A stretch of 60,255 nt of DNA, counting the filler, from Sluysia triapertura (lineage: Eukaryota): the NCBI GenBank assembly GCA_046118255.1. It is 4 parts of 4 records of this genome, joined end to end, with 100 filler letters (N's around TTAATTAATTAA, not from the genome) between each part and the next. Parts side by side here need not be neighbours in the genome. Positions count along the whole stretch, not along the records: positions 43,833 to 60,255 come from JBJNIA010203929.1; 3 more parts are not named here. One strand, given 5' to 3'. This document shows, one piece after another, positions 50,150 to 60,255 of the stretch. Each line of letters starts with the position of its first letter. Within the stretch, counting starts at the first letter, position 1. The translations under genes were made by a program, and so were the position numbers. The notes under the pieces were generated by a model. It saw only the letters and a list, made by a program, of their open reading frames with translations. It was not told the DNA's origin and did no database searches.

Positions 50150-51050
50150 TTAGAATAAACATATCTCAATTTATGGATGGATTTGGTATTAATTCGAAAC
50201 CCGAACAATGTCATTCTAATATTTTTAGAACTAATCCTGCACTGTTATTGAAAGTTTTAATAAAAGTAAAAATTTGTGTACTAACACAATGCACAAAGTA
50301 TCCTATTAGCAATTAAATCATTACTGATCATATTGCTCATTCTACAAGAAAAGAAATGTGCCATGTTACATGACATGTTTCAATTGTCAAGAGCATGTTA
50401 ATGGTTTTGGTAAATTTTCAAAAGAATTAGAAAATTTAAACTTAATATTATAAAAATCAATTCAGGCATTGGCACCAATCACAGAAACCCCTTTTAGAAC
50501 AGAAATTTCGAGAAATTACGTACTATTTGATAAATTTCACATGCATTACTAATTCATATACAAAACATTCAACAAAACAGTGGTTAATTCTTGTTGCAAC
50601 CTGTTTGGATGAGTTATGCGTATGCAAATGATACAGCTTCTAGAGAAAATAAGCTTATTTTCATGCTTATGTCATGTTCATGTCATAAGGCTGTGCCATT
50701 TTTTGCGAACCACCTTAGTTAAGATGATGATGTCCAATGTAGATGTTTTTCACTTCATCGAGGCTTATTTAAGTATCCCAGATGAAAAGTTCATGGAAAG
50801 ACTTGATTATTGATTTTAGAAATCAACTTTCGCCTAAAGACTCTAAATTTATTATTTTTAAAAACTTTTGAATCACATAATACAAAGTAATAAGGAAACT
50901 GTCACAAAATTTTTATTTGATTTCAAACAGTTAGCTATAAGGCTTACTCGAGTTTTATGCAATAGCAAAAATTGAATTAATTATTGAAAAATTCATAGAA
51001 TATCTAAAGAACCCATAATCACACAACTTTTGATGCTAATTTAGTTAGTA
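50150..51050 (+). mobile_element. Decayed transposase-like sequence (possibly CMC/EnSpm-Mirage type)
   Basis: Broken frames contain FMDGFG, ITDHIAH and TPF...LFDKFHMH, in the order of the D-G / D-x-x-A / D-x-x-H motifs of CMC-group transposases. Confidence 0.25.
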
Positions 51051-51964
51051 AGTGCAAAATGCGTCATATATAAAAAGTAAAATAGGAATTACGTATCAGC
51101 CTATAATTCCTACAGTATATACGTCGACAAATAAATAAATATTCTAACAATCGGAGTAATTTTAAATATACTTTTAGAAAATTTAGAGGTTCTTTATGGT
51201 TACGAGAGAAGCTAAAAATTTTGTAGTCGAAATTATGATTAAATTTATTTAAAATAATTTTAAGTAATTTTAAAATTACTGATGACTTAAGGCCTGAAAT
51301 AGCTTTAATGTATTTTGGAGAGGAGTTGGCCATGAAAACAAGAAATAATTAGAAACATCATATATAGAACATAAAAACATTAAGACATAAATTTTAATAA
51401 ATTTTAAGGATAAACATTTATTTTCCACTGATCTCACTAAGTAATCAGCGTTATCGTGAAGAAGTAATTTCAATTTTTTTACACAATTTATTAAGCAATT
51501 ATTTACTTGTGTTAACCATTTTATCACGTATTCTGAATCATTATTGTACTTTTCTACCATCACGCATGACAATTTTATTTCGTTAACTTATAACCGCGTT
51601 TTTAAAACCGAGCATAACGTAAATAGATAAATTGACTGACTTTTCATAATCATCATTGTAAAAAAATCAAGTTTCTAGCAATTTTATCATATTTTTGAAG
51701 CAATTTTATTGTTACATTATTATTTAGTTTCGAGAATTCCCTACCGTAATATTTCCATTTATTTAACGCAATCATAGATTTATAATGAGCATCTAATTCG
51801 CATTTTGCCATTTATTGTAGTTTTATAATTAAAATCTTTAGTAAAGTAGCTTAACTACTAATTCATTTTTTAATATTTTGCGAAGATTCTAACTTAAAGG
51901 TAGAAGAATGTGGTGAAGTTATCTTCTTTATTAATATATTATCAACTTTATTAATATATTAAGA

Positions 51965-52218
51965 CAGCCTTTTTACGGTCTGTCAAATATTCAAGTAATT
52001 TAAAGATTAAATCAGCCTTTTTACGGTCTGATTAAATTGCAAATGATTTTAACAAATAATGAATAAGTACTACGAATTTTTTTAGTATATAGATCGTAAA
52101 AATTTTAAGTAAGCTCAAAATAAAAAACAAAAAAATAAAAATATAATAATGATTTTACTTCCTTAGGAAATCAAATTCAGATTTTAAATTACAAATTGAC
52201 CTAGCCTTTTTACGGTCT
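51965..52218. repeat. Three copies of the motif (C)AGCCTTTTTACGGTCT(G)
   Basis: Copies at 51965-51982, 52013-52030 and 52203-52218. A decayed copy at ~55144. Confidence 0.85.
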
Positions 52219-55200
52219 AGGAAATTAAAATAAGATTTTAAGTCTATATTAATTAATTCTATTTTATTAAAATTAGGATTTTAAAAATCTTAGTAAAAAA
52301 TTACTTTTGCCTGAAATTAATTGTCTTCGTAGAACTTTTCCTTAATTAAAATTTTTTTAGCTGCTTGTCCCAGTAATCTATAATTTTCAATTCTGATTTT
52401 ACTCTAAAAAATTTTGGTTTAAATAAATCTTACCTTCCATTTTGTTTACTGATATTTTGATTTAGTGAAACAAAATATTAAATTAAAATAAAAATTTATT
52501 TTAGATATTTAAAATCAATAATTTAATTAATAGTTTTATTTATTTTTATTTGTTACAATTTTTTATTATTTTATATTTTTAAATACAATATCTAATAATA
52601 TTAAAATCAAATAATAATAATTAACCCAATATCAAAATCATATTGTTATGCTGAAATCAAAATCAAATTGTTATAAATGTAAAATCAAATATCATTGTTA
52701 TTATTAAACTATATCACAGCACACAGCCCAATAATTTGTATTTTTCAGAGTAACTTTTAAAAAACTGAGCAAAATATGTGATAAATGAATTTATCGATGA
52801 TTTTATGATTTCATGATTTCATATAATCCATTAGATGCTAGTGTCAGATAAAGTATTTTGTTAAGTTTAAATTTTCCATTGATGAATAAGTCACTTTATC
52901 TTAAATTTATAATATATTTGAAAGACTGGGTAATAATAGTCACATTGTAGTGATTCCATTTATCTTTAATGTTGCTTGTTTAAATTTCATTGATTTATTT
53001 TAATTCAAAATCACACGATAATGTTCATTACATTTCGATAAAAAAATAATAATGATATAATTAGACTAAAATATTACAAGCACCGTTGATAGTACCCATT
53101 GCATGTTTCGCTTCATTAAAATTAAAAATCTGCGAAGAAGTTGAATATTGTATTATTCGATCTTTCTTTAAATAAATTAGATTATACAAAGAATAATTTT
53201 CAAACAGATAGTATATGCGTATTTGTGCATGCAAAACTTATTCCAAAATTTACTGAAATAATAAATGTAACTGAAGCTGAAGGTACATCTAGACACAAAT
53301 TAATTATTAAAAAACAAAATTTAGCCAGCGGTTGGGATTTCCAACTAGTTAGTAGAGAATTTAAAAAATATAGGAAATATCTGAAACATAATAATATTGC
53401 TTAAATATATTAATATATATTAAATATATTGCATAATTAAATATTGCTTGAGTAAGAATGATGAAGTAGAAAATGGTTATAATCATTTTGAAACCGAAGA
53501 ATACCTTGGAGTAGGGTATTACGATTCTTATGAAGGCCTAAGAAAGGTTTGGAGAGATGTTTTCAAGTATGATGATACCTTGAAACTTCTGAACCCTAGG
53601 ATCATTTGAGACCTTGTTGATTTTTTGGAACCTTCGAGACCTTAATAAACTTCGAGTAACTAAAAGTATTTGAAACCTATAAATTATTCAGGAACTATAA
53701 TCATCGTTAATAATATTAAAGATAAATTTGATATAATAATAATTAACATAAAAAATAGAAAAAGGAATCAGAATGGTGAAGTTGAAAACATATAGAATCC
53801 TCTGACTACCTTGTAAAGCATTTATCGACTTTATAACCACACTAAAACATTTAAACATAATATAAATTAAGTCAAATTAATTAATTAAAATCTTAATTAA
53901 CTTAATTAAGAAAAATCACGTTTGTGTGAATAGCTTTTGAATGCGGAATGCTATGTTAAAATTGTAACTGTGTATATATGTTTTAAAGAGATCTTCCGAA
54001 GAAAATAAGGTTCGACCGAGTATGTGCTAGGAAAACTTCCATATTCAGCAAAGTAAAATTTTAATTAATTTTTAATTAAAAATGTTGAATTTTTTCATAT
54101 TTAGAATGATTAAAAGATAATGAATTAAATATGAAATGATTGCAATCTCAAAAATGAGGTTGCGATTTTTGTGAAATGGTTCGTTTGGGAATGAGAAACT
54201 TAAACATTTTCCAATAGAAAATTGAGTGAGGTGAACTGAATATTAATTTTATTCCTAAAACTAAAGTTAAATTCATCATTTTTAAGTGTGTTGTTAATAA
54301 TCCCAATAATCTCACAACAAAGACAATAAAAAATATCAAAATTATAATGTTAGGAAGATCCATGCTCGGATAATATTTTTAATTTTTTTAAATATTTTTA
54401 AATAAGTATTAATATTAAATATTTAAAATAAATTTTATATATTATTTTGGATATCCCCCTTCGATTTTTGTTTAATAAGTTGTGAGAAATTCCCCTTGGA
54501 TTTCTATTAATATTACAAAATTCATTTTTGAATTATATTAAAATAAGTTTTGTATGTTGTCTTGGGAATACACGTGTTAAGTGTTAATGCATTGTAAAAT
54601 ATATATAGATTGTTTTAAGAATTCATTTTGAAGTGTTTTTCGTAAAATATAAGGATTAATGCTGTTTTCAAATAAATTATATTATATAACCCTGAAGCTC
54701 AATATTTAGTTTTTGCAAAATCGTTGATTTATAGCTGGGGATTTTTATTTTATTTTATAATTATTGGAAATATAGATTGTGAATAAAGAATATTTTATAG
54801 ATTATATTTCCTCTTGTGATTATTAAAATATATCGAAATTTTTGATTATTTTGATTTTGTTATTCAGCTATTGTTAATAATTTTTATTAAAAAAATTTGA
54901 CGATTATTTAATTAATTTATTTGTGATTTCTTATCTTTGATCGTAATATTTGTTGGATTTTTAGTTTTGTTTTTTGTAAATTCATGTTGAAATAATAGTG
55001 GTATAATATTGATAATTGGTATTTATTTATTGGGATAAAGTTAAAAATTTATCATTGAGATTAAAATTTAATTTGGATTTTAAAAATTATACCTAAGTTT
55101 AATAATACTTTCACATTTATTTATTTTAATATTAAAATCAACTCAGCCTTCTTACAGTAAAAGAAAATAAACTACTGAAATACTTGTGTTGTAACATAGA

Positions 55201-55294
55201 AAAATGTTGTTCTTTATAAAGTTTATAAATAAATTCGACAACACATGCTTATTTCATCGAGGCTTGTTTTATACCGACCACTTTTAATAATCAA

Positions 55295-56183
55295 TGTGGT
55301 GGCCAACCTTTCATTCAAAATTAAAATTATTATTTCCACAAAATATCATATCTACTAACATCTTTCATTTTACTTTTCTGATCTACTAAAACCTTATTTT
55401 ATTTTTCAACATATTTTAAACCTACAACTTTACAACACTAAAATGACACATACATTCAAAACCATTAACGTACATTAAATTTCATTCAAAACATTTTAAT
55501 CCACAATTTCATAACATCAGAATTACAATTTACATCTTAAACCATCAAATATACATCTTAAAAACTAATCCAAAATATTTCAAGTTCATAATCCTTCAAT
55601 ACTCAATCTTTAATGTCATCGAAAAACACTAAATTAACATTTTGAAACCACTTTAGATATTGCAATCAAATTGGCGTTTCTTTAACATCTTTAGTTACGT
55701 ATTATTTTCTTTAAACATTCTCTTATTAATTATTTATACATTCCATATCTTGATAATCACTGAATGAAGTTTCTTTCAAAGAGTACAAGAATCAAAACTA
55801 ATATAGTAAAATCATCTGGAGAAGTAAACCAACTATCTTCATAGGCAAAAGCTAAAAGAACCAAAAGAATTTTATTCATCTTTTCAAAATAGAATTTTGA
55901 TTATGTAATTCAGGATCTGTATTTCGACAAGTTAAATTAAAGGAGTTTTAAGAAATTAAATAAAACAAATTTAAGAAGTTAGGTTTAAAAGAATTTTATT
56001 TATAATAAGAAAAAGAATTTATTTTTAAAACAAAGAATAAGATTTATTCGAAAATTTTTATATATTATTATTATTTATTATCATTTTATCATTTATTTTC
56101 GTTAGTTATTATTATTATTTCATTTTATTTATCCAATTTATTGTAATTATTATATTTCAGCCATTTTCTATTATTATTATTAT
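55295..56183 (+). mobile_element. Dispersed repeat family copy (longest in window)
   Basis: Starts TGTGGTGGCCAACC, is co-linear with 3790-4400 and partly with the reverse complement of 1-581, and ends in an (att)n tail where a second copy begins. Confidence 0.75.
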
Positions 56184-56610
56184 TGTAGTGGCCAACACTC
56201 ACAACCTAAAACGTTTTAAAACATAATATCCAATAACCATAATTTAAATTTCAATAAAACATAAAGTCTAAAGAAATCACACTTCTTACTATCGAACTAC
56301 ATCAACTCAATCATCATATACAACACTCCATATTTATAATATCTCAACAACTCATATAAACCAACAATCCGATTAATACCCTTAACCATCTACCTTACAA
56401 CATACTCTCATAATCAATCCCGAATAATCCACAACATTCACTCAAAAACGATTCAATCAAACAAACCACAACCACAATATATAATACACAAAGCATAAAT
56501 ACAATAACACCATTCAACAACGCTAACAAGTACCTCAGAAATAGAAAACAATTATATTAAAATCTTTAACCAACTACATCAAGCTAAATCTATTTCATTT
56601 ACATGTTCAT
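56184..56610 (+). mobile_element. Second, nested or tandem copy of the repeat family
   Basis: Starts TGTAGTGGCCAAC, strongly A/C-skewed, and shares agaaacattatat.....aac.a....ctatc with the reverse complement of ~5465-5505. Confidence 0.65.
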
Positions 56611-56823
56611 TTTCAATACCGGTGATGATAACGACAATGATAATAAAATTGATGATGATTCGGATTGTAATTCAGAAGAAAAGTTTAAAAACTGCCTTGT
56701 AAGTGAGTACAATAATACATCAAAGAGTGCTAAGAAATTAAAATTAAATTATGTCATGATATAAATCACAACTTTTTTGATAACAACTCCTCAGAAAACG
56801 ATGAACGTGCTAATTCAATTATA

Positions 56824-56968
56824 ATGAATTCAAATATAAAAGCTGAAAATAAGGCCAATTTGGTTGTAGATTATCTATCCCAAAATATGAACCAAGAAGA
56901 AATGAGAGATTTGTTTGGTAAATTAGGTGATTTGGAAAATTGCAAATCGGTACGCGACAAAATTACTG
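56824..56968 (+). pseudogene. elav: ELAV/Hu (Sxl-like) RRM1 N-terminal fragment
   Basis: [39 protein letters not shown] matches ELAV RRM1 (TNLIVNYLPQNMTQEE.RSLF..IGE.ESCKL.RDK.TG). Similarity stops at ACTG|GTGAAA. No downstream SLGYGFV exon was seen. Confidence 0.8.
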
Positions 56969-58997
56969 GTGAAAATCGACACATTGATCATTCAAACGCA
57001 GTAGTGTCAACGGCTAAAAACAGGGAGTGTGATTATTTGGATCATTTTTTATCAACAAATAATGATGACGATCAAACGGAATTAGACTGTGGATCATAAT
57101 CGTTAGAAGCAGAACGACCATGTCATGATAATGTTATAGCCTTACTTGGTGATAACGAATCTACAGTTTTCAAGAAGAACAACGTGATTAACATGAAAAG
57201 TAATCTTGTGAGTGTTAATTTTATGTGTCCATTAATTTTTGATTTAGTTTACAAATATCTCAAGTGGATCCGCGGAGTACAGCAGAAATCTTTGTGGAAA
57301 ACAGGGGCTGAATATGAAGAGATAAAATCTATGATTCAAATCTTTATTATTAACAATTTAAATTTTAAGTTTATAAAGGTTTATTATTTAATAAAATTTT
57401 GCGTGTATGTTCGAAAAATGTTATTTTGTTATGTCATAAATGAAACAGTGTGTATGTTCATTTAAAGTGAATAAAGATAGATCTATTGATGAACTAAAAT
57501 TTAGAATAATTAACCTAATATGTAAACGTATTCAAACCAAAAACTTATACGAAATTTACAAGACAAACAAATTTAAGCATAGTAAAACCCATAAGGAAAG
57601 AATGCTGAATTATAATACAGTTCTATACATAAGTCGAGTTAGTCACATCACGACAGAAACAATTTACGACATAATAGTCCATCTTTTAAAGTTTGATCGA
57701 AATAATTATAAAAAGATTTATACCAAACTCTTATGTAAACAAAAACTTATTAAATCAACATTAAAATTAAAATTAGTTGAAAAATTCAAACGCCCGAAAC
57801 AAATCAAAACCCAAATTGCCAATAATTGTTAAAATAAATCAAGTGATTAAATTGTTTAGAAGTTTTGCAACAATAAATGATTTGGGAAAGTATGTAAAAG
57901 ATGGATTCAATAAAGAAATTTCACTTATCATTGATTGCAAAACCCTATTGAATAATCTTATGTTTATGAATTGAAAATAAACATAAGAAAAGTCTTATTA
58001 ATTTAAAGATTGAAATTTCATTTTCGGAGGATGATTTTAAAACAATCAGTAACATATTGTCCGCACAATTACGAGTTAAATTAGTAGTAGTGTCATTTTG
58101 TGAAGGGAATGCCACGTTATTAAGTTTTAATCAATTTCATGTTAAATTAAATATCAAACCAAAGCACTACAAACAGTAATGATTTAAAACATGAATTGCT
58201 TAATTAATTAACAGAAAGAAGAAATTAATATTTAGACGTGCTCCAATATCTTCACTGGGCATAGATTATTTAATATGAAAAGAAGAATAATTGAATAACA
58301 CACAAATCTGCAAAGAAACAGAACCCGTAGTTGCTGTTTTAGGGTTGTGACGGATGAATTAAATAATACTTCTGAAGATGAATTGGCACCCGAAATATTA
58401 TAAGTTCCAGCTAAGTTAACAATGAAGGAAAAATTGCACTGGCTCTTAATGAAAAAGAAGAAATCAAAATTCAAAATTAAAAAGCACTAAAAATGAAATG
58501 ATTGTTTAAAGAAGAAAATTATTTTTCCAAATAAGAAAATAGAAATTCTAAAAACGAAAATTTTCTTCTATAAATAGAATAGAAGCTTCTAGAATGTTCT
58601 AGAGTGTTCGATTTTCATTGGTTGATGATTAGTATATAAACTAGCATCACTTTAATGAATATCGCCATTTACTTAATTAGCTATTTAGTACAGCCATCTT
58701 GATTTTATCAGTTAAATTTTCAGTCGTCATTTTAGCATCAATTTGTAAATCAATTTAGCGATTCAATCGGTTATTCAAAGTCTTTGTTTCAGTTTTATTT
58801 TAGTCTTTGGGTCAATTACATGAAATTGAATTTTTGGCCATTCTAATTTCCATGGTATCGGTAAATTGTTTTTTATATGGTATTTTTATCTATCCGGAGA
58901 AGATAAAAAATATTAAAATCAACTCAAAATATTTTATTTAATTAATTTTTATATTGTGTGAGAATAAAAGAAAGGAAAAGTTTATTTAAAAACTTAT

Positions 58998-59130
58998 TGT
59001 GAGTTCACCAACGTACTGGACTTACCAGTTAGGGCCAGCCGTTGGATTTTACTATATAAAGTGCAGGTTTTGCGTAACAAGATTGGTTTTATATCTGTCT
59101 CACTTCTGGAGTTATCTTAAAGTTGGTCAA
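58998..59130 (+). mobile_element. LTR-like fragment
   Basis: Starts TGTGAGTTCACCAAC, GC-richer than its flanks, with an internal TATATAAA. 3' end undefined. Confidence 0.25.
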
Positions 59131-60255
59131 TGTTAATTATATCTTTTCTTTCTGGAATTTATACTCTAAAATTGGTTATTAAATTATGTTACCAAAGCCT
59201 GTTATATAGGATTGAATTCAATAATTTTACTACCTAGAAATTATATTCTAGTGTGGGAAATCTTCTTTAATGTATTTTAATAATTTTATATCGAAAAATT
59301 ATAAATAATGGTTTAAATAACAATTTATTTAAATAAACAATGTCTTTACAGAGATAAAAATTAATTACAGATTCTTTATAATTATAATAATGATTTTACA
59401 ATAGCTAGGTACAACTAGCTATACACTCTTTATAATTTAAAAAATGAGATTTTACTCGAGACCTTTATATGGTCTAAATGATTAAATGAAATTTGAGTCT
59501 ATTTTGCTTGGATATAATAATATCAAATTCTTCAAATTTAAATTAAGCTAACGTGACTATTTTCGTACACCAGAGAATAAATATTTTATATTTTTGATAA
59601 ATATAATGTTAATGAACGAAATTCGATTGTCCTAAACAATTGTACCAGCAAATGGATACTCTTGAAAATTTTAAGATTTATAAGTAAATTTTTGGTTTTG
59701 GTTCTTGTGTTTTTTCTGTTGCTTATATATTTGTTTTAATCTGACCTTGAAAGATAAGATTAAAACAAAAATAATAAAGTAAAAATATTTAAAATAAATT
59801 ATTTTCTATTAGGAAATAGTCAAGTTGAATAATCATAATTATTAATTAAAAATAAAATAATTAGAATAATAAAAAAAATAAATTTTTAACATACTTTAGA
59901 TTAAATCAAATTCCAAATATAATAATATAATTACAAGATAAAATAATCAATATTTTTTAAACAAATTAGTTAATAATAATCAATTTATACATAGTCATAA
60001 ATAATTATGATTCATCATATATATTCACAGATAAATAATTATATATTCATACATAGATAAATACATAGATAAAAATTATGATTCATCACAGAGTGTTTGA
60101 AATTTTTAAAATGGTTGAGAAATAAAATCATCGTTATTGACATTAAGAATAAATCTATATTATTTTATTTTAAAATTATATTATAGATTTACATAAAATT
60201 AGAAATTAAAATTAAAATTACATTTTTAAGAAAAATTGCATTTTTAATCACAGAT

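Noticed and set aside
51276-51572. ORF with a weak gag-like start (VEKYNND...KWL)
   Set aside because: Too little similarity to assign, and no zinc knuckle or pol motifs are linked to it.
51965-52218. Possible CRISPR array or U5 snRNA loop (GCCTTTTAC-like)
   Set aside because: Only three short copies with very unequal spacers, in a eukaryotic context with no cas genes. The U5 loop has four U's and needs flanking stems and an Sm site, which are absent.
53141-53790. Decayed coding-like region (also 57184-57974)
   Set aside because: No recognisable motif or splice structure; cannot be classified from sequence alone.
58500-58862. LTR-like block followed by CA|TGGTATC (Met-tRNA PBS-like)
   Set aside because: The PBS match is only 7 nt, with no defined LTR start, partner LTR or internal domain.

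Overview
Very AT-rich eukaryotic (animal) genomic scaffold with four assembly gaps, three of them containing an artificial TTAATTAATTAA linker. Genes mix 31-40 nt mini-introns with kb-sized, often transposon-filled introns. This architecture suggests a compact invertebrate or parasite genome such as the orthonectid Intoshia (inference only). Recognisable host genes: an LCAT/PLA2G15-family phospholipase (3' end lost at a gap), SMG5-like (head-to-head with an intronless p24/TMED gene), a CUE-like-domain gene, a divergent dynein light chain, and a possible adenylate-kinase-like gene with a degenerate P-loop. The space between them holds decayed mobile DNA: mariner, two Tigger/pogo elements, many piggyBac remnants and MITEs, a MULE-like remnant, a Gypsy integrase with LTR, a Polinton/Maverick DNA polymerase, and a strand-skewed dispersed repeat starting TGTGGTGGCCAAC. 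Two signals stand out. (1) A cluster of at least three, possibly four, intronless secreted ~130-aa beta-rich proteins that I cannot assign to a known family; they share a predicted mature N-terminal Cys, five conserved Cys and an upstream motif next to the TATA box. (2) Orphan fragments of two neuronal RNA-binding protein genes (Rbfox, ELAV), each lying next to copies of the TGTGGTGGCCAAC repeat, which suggests element-mediated gene capture. All family assignments rest on motif recognition by eye, without database searches.
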